DNA of 64,000 nucleotides, taken from contig JAKPAG010000117.1 in the NCBI GenBank assembly GCA_029779535.1, positions 1,818 to 65,817 of the forward strand, read 5' to 3'. Every line of letters begins with the position of its first letter. Positions within the stretch are counted from its first letter, which is position 1. The DNA comes from Pseudomonadota bacterium (GTDB lineage: Bacteria; Pseudomonadota; Alphaproteobacteria; Sphingomonadales; Sphingomonadaceae). The notes beneath the pieces are model-generated. The model did not search any database. It had not been told where the DNA came from and saw nothing but the letters and a program-made list of their open reading frames with translations. This document shows, piece after piece, positions 36,242 through 46,375 of the stretch. The position numbers and the translations under genes were made by a program.

Positions 36242-37744
36242 TTAGGGCAGCATCAACGCTCCGTTCGCTTGTGCCCAGCGGTGATGCCAGAAGGCCACAG
36301 CTGCAGGCCTGAGCCAGCTTGCCGTAACGGCAGCATCGTCGATCAACAGCACCCGCTGCGCGCCCGGCATCGCCCCTTCCCAGCGCGGCAGACCCGCCCC
36401 GTTCGGATCGCCATGGCGCAAGAAATTGAGCCAGTAATCGCGCAGCAAGGGGCCGGGCCAGGCCTCGGCGGCCGGGTCCAGGCCGAACAGGTAGGGCATG
36501 TCCGCACAGTGCGGCGCGCCCGCGCTGCCAGAGCGCTGCGCTGGCGGGACATAGTCGAAATGATAAGTCCAGGCCGGAGCGCTGCGCGCCGCCAAGGCCG
36601 ACATGCCCAGCGCCGCCGAAGTGAAGATGAAGTCGGTCTGGACCTTGCGCAGCAGTTGTGCATCGCTAGTCCCGCCATCCGCGCCATAGACCTGACGCAA
36701 TTCGGCGAAGTCGATTCCGAAGCGCTGCTTCAGCACGGTGGCATCGAATCCCATCAGGCCGAACACGCTGGCTTCATCACTGGTCGATCCCGCGATCAGC
36801 GGGACGTGGGCCTGCCGCCCGGCGGCAAAGGCCTGTGAGACAGGTTCGGGCAGCAGCGTGCCATCGACGATCGCGCCGAAATTGGGCGCCCCGGGATCGG
36901 CCGCCAGCACTGCGCCGACCGGCAGGCGGCGGAGCGCCGCCAGCCCCGCCGCGCCGGGCTGCGTCACGCCGGCGCGGGCGGCAAATTCTTCGCCCTCGCG
37001 CTCGGCCTGGGCCAGGGGGCGGGTAGCGTTGAAGAAGCCCCCGCCCGAATGCACGCTCGCCCGCGCGAACAGGCCACGCGCCGCCGGAGCGACCATCAAC
37101 GAATTGACGCTCGACCCGCCGGCCGAACAGCCCAGGATCGTGACGTTGGCAGGATCGCCGCCGAACCGGGCGATGTTGCGCTTGACCCAGTCGAGCGCGA
37201 GCAGCTGATCGCTGAGCCAGAAATTGCCGGTGCCGTGCCCGGCTTCGGCGGTCAGCGCGGGATGGGCCAAGAAGCCGAACCGGCCGACTCGGTAATTGGG
37301 CGAAACCAGGACCACGCCCGCGCGCACCAGCGGCGAAAGCCCGGCTTCGGCGATATAGCGCCCCGAACCGAAGGCATAAGCGCCGCCGTGGATCGAGACC
37401 AGCACCGGCAGCCCCTTGGCCGCGCGATCCGGGGTAATCACGTTCAGCGTCAGGCAGTCTTCGCCCTGCGGATGGGCCCTTTGCCCTTTGCGGGACAGTT
37501 GCGGGCAATCCCGGCCAAAGCCGGTGGCATCGCGGGTGCCGCTCCACGGGCGCACGCGCTGCGCCTCGCGCCAGCGCAAGGGACCGACCGGCGGGGCTGC
37601 AAAGGGAATGCCGCGATAGGCCGCGCCAGCTTCCACCGCTTCGCCCCGCACCGCGCCGGCATCGGTTTGCACCGTCGGCGCACGATTGGCACCAAGCAGC
37701 GCCGCCCCGGCCACAAGCAGGACAAGGCGGCGCTGGCCGATCAC
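36242..37744 (-). CDS. Type-B carboxylesterase (PnbA-like), possible signal peptide
   Basis: YRGIPFAAPPVGPLRW, EDCLTLNV, HGGAYAFGS, GCSAGG nucleophile, GSTSDEA and PHCAD motifs; GTG overlaps the LLM stop. Confidence 0.85.
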   Translation of the reverse strand: MIGQRRLVLLVAGAALLGANRAPTVQTDAGAVRGEAVEAGAAYRGIPFAAPPVGPLRWREAQRVRPWSGTRDATGFGRDCPQLSRKGQRAHPQGEDCLTLNVITPDRAAKGLPVLVSIHGGAYAFGSGRYIAEAGLSPLVRAGVVLVSPNYRVGRFGFLAHPALTAEAGHGTGNFWLSDQLLALDWVKRNIARFGGDPANVTILGCSAGGSSVNSLMVAPAARGLFARASVHSGGGFFNATRPLAQAEREGEEFAARAGVTQPGAAGLAALRRLPVGAVLAADPGAPNFGAIVDGTLLPEPVSQAFAAGRQAHVPLIAGSTSDEASVFGLMGFDATVLKQRFGIDFAELRQVYGADGGTSDAQLLRKVQTDFIFTSAALGMSALAARSAPAWTYHFDYVPPAQRSGSAGAPHCADMPYLFGLDPAAEAWPGPLLRDYWLNFLRHGDPNGAGLPRWEGAMPGAQRVLLIDDAAVTASWLRPAAVAFWHHRWAQANGALMLP

Positions 37745-38742
37745 AGGTTGAGATCCACCAGGTTGGCGTCGACCAGGCGCGGCAGCACTTCCTTTTCGAA
37801 GCGCAGCAGGCTGGCCCACGACAGTTCGGGATCGAGCCCGCCGAGCAGCGCGTGGAAATTGATCCCCGCATTGGTCGGCTGGGTCTTGAGCCAGTCGAAG
37901 CACTGATCGGGCGTCATGACCTTGATGTTGGGCATGGCCTTCAGCGCCTCGACCGTTTCCGCCGCCCGGTAGAGCGTGTCCCCGCCGCCGCGTTCCTTGG
38001 CCCATTCGGCATAGGTGTTGGTGGCATAGGCGACATGCGGGGCGACCCGCGGCCAGTCGCGCTCGGGATCGTCGGTGATGTAGAGGAAGCTGGCGATCGA
38101 CTTGACGATCGGTTCGGGCGGCGGGAAGCCCAGCCTGGCGCGTTCCTCCGCATAGATGTCCCACAGTGCGGGATGGCCCGGAAAATACTGGTATCCGCCC
38201 TTGGCCGCGCGGATCGCCGACTTGTCGGTCGAACCGCCCATGTAGATTTTCGGCCCGCCCGGCTGGACCCCCGGCGGGGTGACCCGCACGGTGCGGCCTT
38301 CGTATTCGAACGGCTGGCCGCCCCACGCCTGCTTCAGCGTGTCGAGCGCCTTGTTCATCAGCCCGAGGCGCTTGGTGATGTCCTTGCCGAACATCTCGAA
38401 TTCGTGCGGGCGATAGCCCATGCCGGCGGTCAGCCAGATCCGCCCGTTCGAAATGTTGTCGAGCACGGCAAGGTCTTCGGCCAGGCGCAGCGGATCGTGC
38501 ATGGTCACGACCAGCGCCGAAAGGTGGACGTAGATCTTCTGCGTGACCGCGAAGATCGACGCCGCCTGGACCATCGAGCTGGGGCAATAGCCATCTTCGG
38601 CCCCATGGTGTTCGGCCAGGAACACCTGGGTGAAGCCCAGCTTGTCAGCCCAGGCGGCCTGTTCGATCGCGGTGCGATAGAGCTCGGGATGCGGTGCCCC
38701 GAAGCTGGGGCTGTTCATGTCGTAACGCAGGTTGAGCTGCAT
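37741..38742 (-). CDS. Luciferase-like monooxygenase (LLM class) oxidoreductase
   Basis: AEHHG..DGYCPS, HDPLRLAEDLAVLD.ISNGR and GMGYRPHEF motifs. Confidence 0.85.
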   Translation of the reverse strand: MQLNLRYDMNSPSFGAPHPELYRTAIEQAAWADKLGFTQVFLAEHHGAEDGYCPSSMVQAASIFAVTQKIYVHLSALVVTMHDPLRLAEDLAVLDNISNGRIWLTAGMGYRPHEFEMFGKDITKRLGLMNKALDTLKQAWGGQPFEYEGRTVRVTPPGVQPGGPKIYMGGSTDKSAIRAAKGGYQYFPGHPALWDIYAEERARLGFPPPEPIVKSIASFLYITDDPERDWPRVAPHVAYATNTYAEWAKERGGGDTLYRAAETVEALKAMPNIKVMTPDQCFDWLKTQPTNAGINFHALLGGLDPELSWASLLRFEKEVLPRLVDANLVDLNL

Positions 38743-38771
38743 GGCATTCGTCCCGTTTCAGGCCCGGTGGT

Positions 38772-41159
38772 TCAGGCGTTGACCTTCGATGCGATCCGGC
38801 CGGTCACGTCGGGCGCCTGGTAGGCCAGCTTGCGCTCGAGCAGCGATGCGATTTCCTCGGCCGAGAAACCGGCTTCGGTCAGGATCTCGACGGTGTGATG
38901 GCCCAGCCGCGGCGCCGAGCCGCTGGCGAGGCCCGGGGTCTTGGACAGCCGGTTGAACAGGCCGAGCATGCGGACGTGGCCATACATCGACTGCTTGTCT
39001 TCGATCACGCGGCCGGTCTGTTCCATCCAGTCGAACAGCAGCGCATCGTCCACCCACATCGATTCGCAGACCACTTCGGCCGGAGCCCCGGCCGCGTCGA
39101 GCGCGGCGAAGGCCTGGTCCTTGGCCTGCGGGGCAAACCAGGCATCCAGTATTGCCTTGAGGTCGGCATCGTTGGCGCTGCGATCACACGGCGTGGCAAA
39201 GCGGGTGTCGGCAGGCAGATCGGGCTGACCAATCGCGCGGGCCAGCGCGGCGAAGCGTTCGTCTGAACGGCACGAGATGCAGACCCATCCGTCGGTGCAG
39301 CGATAGATCCGGTCGAGTGCGTCGAAGCCCTGCTGCTCCTTGTCGAGGCGCAGGCCGTAGACCGGCTTCTTGTCGGCATCGAGGAAGTGTTCCGACGTGG
39401 TCCACAGGCTGGAGTGGAGCTGCGGGCATTCGATGTATTCCGCCCCGCCGCCGCGCTGCGCGCGGTTTTCCAGCGCCATCAGGATGGTCGTCGCGCCGAG
39501 GAAGCCGTTGTTATAGTCCTCGTTGCCGAACACCGAGCGATTGGGCGTGTTGCCCTCGCCGCCGCCTTCATAGAGCAGCCCGGTCCAGCCGCTGACCAGC
39601 GGGGCGAAGCTCTTGAGCAGGCTCTTCGGCCCCTGCGAACCATAGCCGGGCAGATAGACGTAGAGCAGGTTGGGGTTGATCGCCTTGAGCGCTTCGAAGC
39701 CGATGCCCAGCTTGTCGGCCTTGCCGGGGCGCAGGTTGTGGGTGATCACGTCGGCGTCCTTGACCAGCCGCAACGCGGCGGCCAGCGCATCCGGTTGCTT
39801 CAGGTTGAGCACGATGTCGCGCTTGCCGCGCGCGGCTGCATCGAAGCAATCGGGCAGCGGCCGCATCTGGTCCCCGCCCGGGGTTTCGAGCTTGATCACG
39901 TCGGCGCCCAGGTCGTTCAGCAGGCGCCCACCGAAGCCGACCGCGAAGAACGAGGAAAAGTCGATGATCTTGATCCCTTCAAGCGGGCGCTTGATCGGCT
40001 TGACCGGGGCAGCGGGAACGCGCGCCGGGGCGGCCTGGAATTCGGCCAGTCGGGCATTGTCCGCACCCACCGCCGGAGCCGGCGTGGGAGTGGAGCAAGG
40101 CGTGTCGGCCATGCGCGCGGCCGGGGCCGCCTGATAGATCGTGCCGAAATCGGGATCGGGGATGGCGACGCGCATACCGACGAATTCGACCTGCGGATCA
40201 AGCAGGATCTCGCCCGGTTCGAGCACCGGCAGGGCAGCCACGTCGGCGGCCTGGAACAGCTCGATCCATTCATCGCGCGGGCGGGCCTTGAACGCTTCGA
40301 ACACTTCGACGCGGGCGACCTGGTATTCGTCTTCGTTCAGCGGCACGGCCATTTCCGGGCCGTCGACGGCCTGGACCCGGTCCCCGAAGCCGAGGATATC
40401 GAACGCCGGCTTGAACCCGCCCGACCCGGTGTGGAACTGCAGGAACTTGCCATCGGCGCATTCGAACATGCCGGTCACCAGGCGGACGTTGCCAAACCGG
40501 TCCATCGCGCCGGAATCGCCCTTCTTGATGTAGGAAATGCCTTCTTCCTGCCACCAGTGGTTCATCGGGCTCTGCGCCAGGAACGCATCGAGCAGGCTGG
40601 CTTCGACTTCCTGGCCGGTGCCGATCATCCGCCGCGCGCGCACCGCCGCCAACGAGGAAATCACCGCCAGGAAGGCCTGGCCATAGTGCAGCGCCGGATG
40701 GCCCAGATACATCGGCCCGGGGCGGTGCGAACTGCCCTTGTCGACCATCGTGCCCAGCTTCGCCGCCGCCAGCGATTCGCCGTAGGGACGGCCGCTGAAC
40801 GGCGTGTCGCGGCCATAGGCGTTGAGCGTGCAGACAACCAGCGCCGGGAACTCGGCTTCCAGGGTTGCCGCATCCAGCCCGAGGCGCGCGGCTTCGGCAT
40901 CGTCCAGCGAGTGAATGAAGATGTCGGCCCCGGCCAGCAGGCGCTTCACTTCGTCCGTCTGGGTGGCGATATCGAGCTCGACGCTGCGCTTGCCGCGATC
41001 CCAGCCCTTGCGGGTCAGGTCATGGGCAAACCAGTTTCCGCCGACCGGCTCGACCTTGATCACTTCGGCGCCATGATCCGCCAGCAACATACCGGCGATC
41101 GCGCCGGGCATAACGGTGGCAGCCTCAATCACGCGCAAATGGGCAAGCGGTCCGGCCAT
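38772..41159 (-). CDS. Tandem two-domain CaiB/BaiF CoA transferase
   Basis: Two repeats of L.D.GA.VIK.E..GG (LADHGAEVIKVEP, LNDLGADVIKLETPGGD). Confidence 0.85.
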   Translation of the reverse strand: MAGPLAHLRVIEAATVMPGAIAGMLLADHGAEVIKVEPVGGNWFAHDLTRKGWDRGKRSVELDIATQTDEVKRLLAGADIFIHSLDDAEAARLGLDAATLEAEFPALVVCTLNAYGRDTPFSGRPYGESLAAAKLGTMVDKGSSHRPGPMYLGHPALHYGQAFLAVISSLAAVRARRMIGTGQEVEASLLDAFLAQSPMNHWWQEEGISYIKKGDSGAMDRFGNVRLVTGMFECADGKFLQFHTGSGGFKPAFDILGFGDRVQAVDGPEMAVPLNEDEYQVARVEVFEAFKARPRDEWIELFQAADVAALPVLEPGEILLDPQVEFVGMRVAIPDPDFGTIYQAAPAARMADTPCSTPTPAPAVGADNARLAEFQAAPARVPAAPVKPIKRPLEGIKIIDFSSFFAVGFGGRLLNDLGADVIKLETPGGDQMRPLPDCFDAAARGKRDIVLNLKQPDALAAALRLVKDADVITHNLRPGKADKLGIGFEALKAINPNLLYVYLPGYGSQGPKSLLKSFAPLVSGWTGLLYEGGGEGNTPNRSVFGNEDYNNGFLGATTILMALENRAQRGGGAEYIECPQLHSSLWTTSEHFLDADKKPVYGLRLDKEQQGFDALDRIYRCTDGWVCISCRSDERFAALARAIGQPDLPADTRFATPCDRSANDADLKAILDAWFAPQAKDQAFAALDAAGAPAEVVCESMWVDDALLFDWMEQTGRVIEDKQSMYGHVRMLGLFNRLSKTPGLASGSAPRLGHHTVEILTEAGFSAEEIASLLERKLAYQAPDVTGRIASKVNA

Positions 41160-41205
41160 CAATCCTCTCCTTCTCTCGCGACGACTCCTGTCGCTCGCGT
41201 GAAAT

Positions 41206-41221
41206 TTGCACCAAGGTGAAA
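41206..41221. promoter_or_regulatory. YTGCA-N6-TG.AA operator in the caiB/tetR divergent promoter
   Basis: TTGCA-CCAAGG-TGAAA. Confidence 0.45.
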
Positions 41222-41312
41222 TGTTGTGCAACCAATTTCAGACCATGTTCTAAAATTGTTTGTGCCGTCAAGACTTGTGCGGCAGTCAGTATTGTGTTCG
41301 GGGGAGAATCAG

Positions 41313-41993
41313 ATGGCGCGGGGACCTGAAAGCGAGGCCTATGACAGCGAGGCAATGAAGGAGCGCCGGCGGCGTATCCTTGATGAAGCGCGCGAAATGA
41401 TCGCTGAATTCGGGGTTGACGGGCTGACAGTGGCCGCGCTGGGCAAGCGCGCCGGGGTGGCGAAGCAGACGCTGTATTATGCCTTTGGCAGCAAGGATGA
41501 GATCGTCGCGGCGGCGATCCTTGACTATTTCGAGACGTCCGAAGGCAAGATCGATTATCGCGGTGCGCCCGGATCATTGACGCGCCTGATCGAACGGATG
41601 GTCGCCATCGTGACCCGCAACCTGGGTATCCGCAACTATATCGCGGCGCTCATCGCGATCTGGTACGGTCGCTCGCCGGTCCTGTGGAATGCCTTGTTCG
41701 ACACCGCGTCAACCAGCCACCGCAAGGTCATTGCCGCCCTGGTCGAACAAGATGCGCTTCAGCCGTGGGTCGAGCCCGACGAGTTGATCGAGGCCATGGT
41801 CGGACAGACGATCCTGACCACCAATGCCTGGCTGCAAGGCCGCATTGCCGACGAAGACCTGATTGACCGGCAGGTCATGGCCCTGATGCAACTGCTGGCC
41901 GGCGTCACGCGAGAACCGGTGAGCGGCGAGGTGAAACGGATCGCCGCCGCCGTGCGCGAAGGCGGCGCGAAGGCCTACCTCGCCTCGCTCTGA
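41313..41993 (+). CDS. TetR/AcrR family regulator
   Basis: RRRRILDEA...GLTVAALGKRAGVAKQTLYYAFGSKDEI HTH. Confidence 0.9.
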   Translation: MARGPESEAYDSEAMKERRRRILDEAREMIAEFGVDGLTVAALGKRAGVAKQTLYYAFGSKDEIVAAAILDYFETSEGKIDYRGAPGSLTRLIERMVAIVTRNLGIRNYIAALIAIWYGRSPVLWNALFDTASTSHRKVIAALVEQDALQPWVEPDELIEAMVGQTILTTNAWLQGRIADEDLIDRQVMALMQLLAGVTREPVSGEVKRIAAAVREGGAKAYLASL

Positions 41994-43294
41994 CGGGCGG
42001 AGACGGCGGCATTCAGCCGCGGCAGCGCCAGCCGCATCGCCGCCAGCCCCAGCGCCGCGCCGCCGATCACCACCATCGCCAGCGACATGCCGACCTTGGC
42101 CTGGTCCTGGAACAGGAAGTCGGTCAGCGCGCCGACGATCGCCGGCCCCGCGCCAAAGCCCAGCACGTTGAACACGAACATCATCATCCCGAGCAGCTGC
42201 CCGCGCATCGCGCTGGGGGCCAGCAGGGCGAAGATCGCCGAGCCATAGACGATGAACGGCACCGTGATCAGCTGAATCAGTGCATAGCAGGCCAGGAACA
42301 GGTAAGGATTGGACACGAAGAACGCGGCCACGATCGCCGGCGACAACGCCAGGATGGTCCAACTGTAGAACCGCAGGTGCGCATCGCGCATCCCCCGGGT
42401 GTAGAGCCGGTCAACGATCCGCCCGCAGGCGATCAGCGCCAGCGCACCGAAGATGTTCATCGCCGACAGCGCCACGCCGTAACGCGCCGGGTGCCAGCCG
42501 AAATGGCGTTCCATGTAGGTCGGCACCCAGCTGGTCAGCGAATAGCCGACCAGCGCCATGCACGAAAAGGCGAAGGTCATCAGCCCCAGCAGGGCGGCGT
42601 GCTGGCGCACGAAGCCCCACAGCTCCGCCCGGCCCGGCCGCGCCGCCCCCTGCCCGCGCCGGCCCGGATCGGGAAAGCTCAGCGCCAGGAACATCAGCAC
42701 GAAACCCGGCAGCGCGATCAGCGCGAATGTAATCTGCCAGTAGGATGCCGGGCCATGCACCGGCCAGTCGATCCATTCCAGGGATTTGGCAAAGGCAATG
42801 GCAAAGCCGCCCAGCCCGAACGACACCGCCGAACCGGTCTTGCCGGCGGACTGGAATACGCTGGTCGCCACGGTCACCTTGCCGGGGGGAAAGGCATCGC
42901 CGATCAGCGAATAGGCCGAGGGCAGAAGCGCCGCCTCGCCAATGCCGACGAACACGCGCGCCAGGATCAGGCTTTCAAAAGTGGTGGCAAAGCCGCAGGC
43001 GAAAGTCGCCAGCGCCCAGACCAGCACCCCGCCGAAAATCACCCAGCGCCGCGAAAAACGGTCCGCCGCCCAGCCCAGCGGCACGCCGAACACCGCATAG
43101 GCCAACGCGAAGCTGGGGCCGAGCACCAGGCTCATCTGGAAGTCGGTGAGCGCCAACTGGGCCTTGATCGGCGAGACCAGCATCGAGATCGTCAGCCGAT
43201 CGAGCCAGGCCAGGACGTAAAGCATGAACAGCGCGGCGACCATCCACCACGCCCGCCCCAGCGGCACCGGTGCGCGTTCAGCCTGCTGCTCCAT
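41975..43294 (-). CDS. MFS transporter (ACS/Spinster-like)
   Basis: WLDR..ISMLVSPIKAQLALTD, GWAADRFSRR and ARVFVGIGEA motifs. Confidence 0.85.
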   Translation of the reverse strand: MEQQAERAPVPLGRAWWMVAALFMLYVLAWLDRLTISMLVSPIKAQLALTDFQMSLVLGPSFALAYAVFGVPLGWAADRFSRRWVIFGGVLVWALATFACGFATTFESLILARVFVGIGEAALLPSAYSLIGDAFPPGKVTVATSVFQSAGKTGSAVSFGLGGFAIAFAKSLEWIDWPVHGPASYWQITFALIALPGFVLMFLALSFPDPGRRGQGAARPGRAELWGFVRQHAALLGLMTFAFSCMALVGYSLTSWVPTYMERHFGWHPARYGVALSAMNIFGALALIACGRIVDRLYTRGMRDAHLRFYSWTILALSPAIVAAFFVSNPYLFLACYALIQLITVPFIVYGSAIFALLAPSAMRGQLLGMMMFVFNVLGFGAGPAIVGALTDFLFQDQAKVGMSLAMVVIGGAALGLAAMRLALPRLNAAVSARQSEAR

Positions 43295-43322
43295 TGTCGT
43301 TCCTCTCACTGCGTGACATCTC

Positions 43323-43341
43323 TAAATCAATTGGATAATGC
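43323..43341. promoter_or_regulatory. 19-bp operator in the MFS/tetR divergent promoter, repeated at 62167-62185
   Basis: TAAATCAATTGGATAATGC versus TAAATCATTTGGATAATGC (18 of 19 identical); pseudo-palindrome centred on CAATTG. Confidence 0.6.
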
Positions 43342-43372
43342 TTTTGGCCGACACATACCGAGTGGGAGCCCG

Positions 43373-44038
43373 ATGGCAAGACTACATTCCAGCGAAAGTG
43401 ACGGCCCTGCCGCGCCCGAAGGCGCCGAGGCGCTGAAGCGCGCCGCGATCCGCCTGTTCGCCGAACGCGGCATCGACGGGGTAACCGTGCGGCAGATTTG
43501 CCAGGCCGCCGGGCAACGCAACCACGGCGCGGTCGGCTATCATTTCGGGACCAAGGAAGCGCTGGTGCGCGAACTGGTCGCGGACGGGGCGAAAATCATC
43601 GACGAGCGCCGCAATGCCCTGCTCGACCGGCTGGAAGCGGCCGGCGGGCCGGCCAGCGTGCGCGAAGTGATGGATGTGATCATCTTTCCCGCGCTCGACC
43701 TGGACGGCGCCGGGCACGACGATTTCTACCTGCGCTTCACCCATATCCTCAACATGACGCACCGCGAGTTGTTCCTGGATGCGGTGGGCAAGCGCTGGAA
43801 CCGTGGCTACCAGCGCTGCCTGGAGCACCTGCGGCGGCTGATGCCGGAGATGGCGCCGGCCATGGCCAACCAGCGGCTTGGATTTGTCGGCACCTATGTT
43901 GCGCAGGTCCTGGCGCTGCGGCAGGCGACCTTGGCCGATACCAGGCGCCGCCATGCCACCTGGCCGGCCGAACGGACCCTGCGCCATCTTGCCGTGACCG
44001 CGGCCGCGCTGATCATGGCCCCGCCGGGCGAAGACTAG
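43373..44038 (+). CDS. TetR/AcrR family regulator
   Basis: AAIRLFAERGIDGVTVRQICQAAGQRNHGAVGYHFGTKEAL HTH. Confidence 0.9.
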   Translation: MARLHSSESDGPAAPEGAEALKRAAIRLFAERGIDGVTVRQICQAAGQRNHGAVGYHFGTKEALVRELVADGAKIIDERRNALLDRLEAAGGPASVREVMDVIIFPALDLDGAGHDDFYLRFTHILNMTHRELFLDAVGKRWNRGYQRCLEHLRRLMPEMAPAMANQRLGFVGTYVAQVLALRQATLADTRRRHATWPAERTLRHLAVTAAALIMAPPGED

Positions 44039-44080
44039 CGCAGACGCCCGAGGGGCCTGCGCCAGCTTCGGCAGCGGTGT

Positions 44081-44965
44081 TCAGCCTTCTCCGGCCTGGG
44101 CCTTGTTCGCGCTGGCCATTTCCTTGGCGCCCATCCCGGCGGCAAGGCTGCCGGTGGTCAGCTGGTTATGGGCATGGGCCAGGTGGTGCATGTGGAACAC
44201 CCCGTCCATCGCCTGGCGCTTGCCGCGCAGGTCTTCGACGAAATTGATCGACTGCTTGGTCAGCGCCACGCCAAAACGTGGACGCTGGGCCATTTCGACC
44301 GCGATCTTCTCGACTTCCGCTTCCAGCTGGTCGCGCGCCACCAGGCGGTTGACCATGCCGAAGTGATGCGCGCGCGCCGCCGGCATCCGCTCACCCAGCA
44401 GCAGGAATTCGCGGGCAATGCGCGGCGGCAGCTCGAACGCGTGGGCAAAGTATTCGACGCCCGGCACGCCCATGCGCACCACCGGATCCTGAAAGAAGGC
44501 GTCTTCCGAAGCGACGATCATGTCGCAGACCCAGGCCAGCATCAGCCCGCCCGCGACGCAGGCGCCCTGAACCATCGCGATCATCGGCTTGGGCAGTTCC
44601 TGCCAGCGGCGGCAGAAGCCCAGGTAGACGTCCTGTTCCAGGACGTACTGCGATTCGGCACCCGGCAGGTCGCGGTGATCGTACCACAGCAGCTTGCGCT
44701 CGCGCTCGAGGTGCCGGTCCTTCTCCGGCGTGCCAAGGTCATGGCCCGCCGAGAAGTGCTTGCCCTTGCCGCCCAGCACGATGACGCTGACCGCCGGATC
44801 ATCGACCGCGCGCTTGAACGCATCGTCCAACTGGTTGAGCAGGCGGTAGTTCTGCGTGTTCGCATATTCGGCGCGGTCCAGCATCACCCAGGCGACGGCA
44901 TCGCGCACTTCGTAACTGATGAACTGCTTGGCCTGATCGGCCGCTGCTTCCGGGGCAGTCGACAT
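44081..44965 (-). CDS. Enoyl-CoA hydratase/crotonase family protein
   Basis: GKHFSAGHDL, PKPMIAMVQGACVAGG and CDMIVASEDAFF motifs. Confidence 0.88.
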   Translation of the reverse strand: MSTAPEAAADQAKQFISYEVRDAVAWVMLDRAEYANTQNYRLLNQLDDAFKRAVDDPAVSVIVLGGKGKHFSAGHDLGTPEKDRHLERERKLLWYDHRDLPGAESQYVLEQDVYLGFCRRWQELPKPMIAMVQGACVAGGLMLAWVCDMIVASEDAFFQDPVVRMGVPGVEYFAHAFELPPRIAREFLLLGERMPAARAHHFGMVNRLVARDQLEAEVEKIAVEMAQRPRFGVALTKQSINFVEDLRGKRQAMDGVFHMHHLAHAHNQLTTGSLAAGMGAKEMASANKAQAGEG

Positions 44966-45023
44966 GAATGGGCTCTCCACCTTGTCCGCCTCTCGCAGGC
45001 GGCACATTGTTGCCGAGTGGTCC

Positions 45024-45084
45024 TTACACCCGATTGCAGAATTAGACAACGCCCCGCGTAAGCCAAATTTATCCGCTAGTGCAG
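45024..45084. promoter_or_regulatory. Operator pair in the hydratase/ACAD divergent promoter
   Basis: TTACA-CCCGAT-TGCAG (45024-45039) and weaker TTATC-CGCTAG-TGCAG (45069-45084). Confidence 0.5.
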
Positions 45085-45196
45085 AATTGAGGTTGACTCG
45101 ACCCGACCGCGATCTAGAACGGCGCCAATCAGGATGGGGCTTTCTGCCGCTTGGCCGGGTCCCTTTGCGACAACCAGACCCGCCATCGGAGATGCC

Positions 45197-46375
45197 GTGA
45201 ACGCGCCCGCTGCCAATCTAGAAACCCCGGATGCCTTCCGCGCCGACCTGCGCGCGTGGCTGGAGGAACATTTCCCGGCCAGCCTGCGCGGCCATCCGCG
45301 CCTGCTTGGCGGGCACGACGCATTGCACGGCCCGGCCGAAGACCACGCCCGCTGGAAGGCGGCGATGGCCGATGCCGGCTATGGCGCACCGCGCTGGCCG
45401 GTGGCCTATGGCGGCGCGGGCCTGAACGCCCAGCAGGCCGACATCCTGGCCGAGGAACTGGAGCGCATCGGCGCCTTCAGCCCGATTGCCGGGCTGGGGC
45501 TGATGATGCTTGGCCCGACCCTGCTGGAATACGGCACGGAAGAACAGAAGCTCCGGCATCTGCCGCCGATCGCGCGCGGCGAGCTGAGCTGGTGCCAGGG
45601 TTTCTCCGAACCCGGCGCGGGCAGCGACCTTGCTTCGCTTCGGCTGCGCTGCGAGGACGCGGGCGATCACTGGCTGCTCAACGGCCAGAAGATCTGGACC
45701 TCCTACGCGCACCTGGCTGACTGGTGCTTCTGCCTGGTTCGCACCGACACCACCGTGAAGCACCTGGGGATCAGCTTCCTGCTGATCGACATGCGCACCC
45801 CCGGGATCGAGGCGCGCCCGATCAAGCTGATCAACGGGGTTTCGCACTTCTGCGAAACCTTCTTCAACGATGTGCGCGTGCCCAAGGACGGCCTGGTCGG
45901 CGAAGTGAACCACGGCTGGACCATTGCCAAGCGCCTGCTCCAGCACGAACGCTCGGGTCTGTCGGCGCAGCGCGGGGCCAAGGCCAAGACGCACGATCTG
46001 GTCGAACTGGCCGGGCGCTACCTGCCAGCTGACGAAACCGACCTGCGCGGCCGGCTGGCCGATCACCTGCTGCAGGACCATGCCTATCGCCTGACGCTGG
46101 AGCGCCGCGCGGCCGAAGCCGAGGCGGGCATGACGCCCTCCACCCCGCTGTCGGTGCTCAAGAACATCGGTTCGGACGTGGCACAGGCGCGCGCCGAACT
46201 GGCGATGGAACTGACCGGGCTGAACGGCCTGGGCTGGGCGGGCGAGCCCTATTCCCCGCTGGAACTCGAGCTGACCAGCCACTGGCTCTATTCGAAGTGC
46301 TTTTCGATCTACGGCGGCAGCTACGAAGTTCAGAACAACATTACCGCAAGGCGTGAACTGGGGCTGCCGGCATGA
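45197..46375 (+). CDS. Acyl-CoA dehydrogenase (catalytic subunit of a probable heteromeric pair)
   Basis: WCQGFSEPGAGSDLASL, NGQKIWTS and IYGGSYE motifs; GTG start. Confidence 0.88.
   Translation: MNAPAANLETPDAFRADLRAWLEEHFPASLRGHPRLLGGHDALHGPAEDHARWKAAMADAGYGAPRWPVAYGGAGLNAQQADILAEELERIGAFSPIAGLGLMMLGPTLLEYGTEEQKLRHLPPIARGELSWCQGFSEPGAGSDLASLRLRCEDAGDHWLLNGQKIWTSYAHLADWCFCLVRTDTTVKHLGISFLLIDMRTPGIEARPIKLINGVSHFCETFFNDVRVPKDGLVGEVNHGWTIAKRLLQHERSGLSAQRGAKAKTHDLVELAGRYLPADETDLRGRLADHLLQDHAYRLTLERRAAEAEAGMTPSTPLSVLKNIGSDVAQARAELAMELTGLNGLGWAGEPYSPLELELTSHWLYSKCFSIYGGSYEVQNNITARRELGLPA

Noticed and set aside
37745-38587. Apparent long N-terminal extension of the carboxylesterase in the ORF track
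   Set aside because: Overlaps the LLM gene in another frame; the GTG at 37744 coupled to the LLM stop is a better start.
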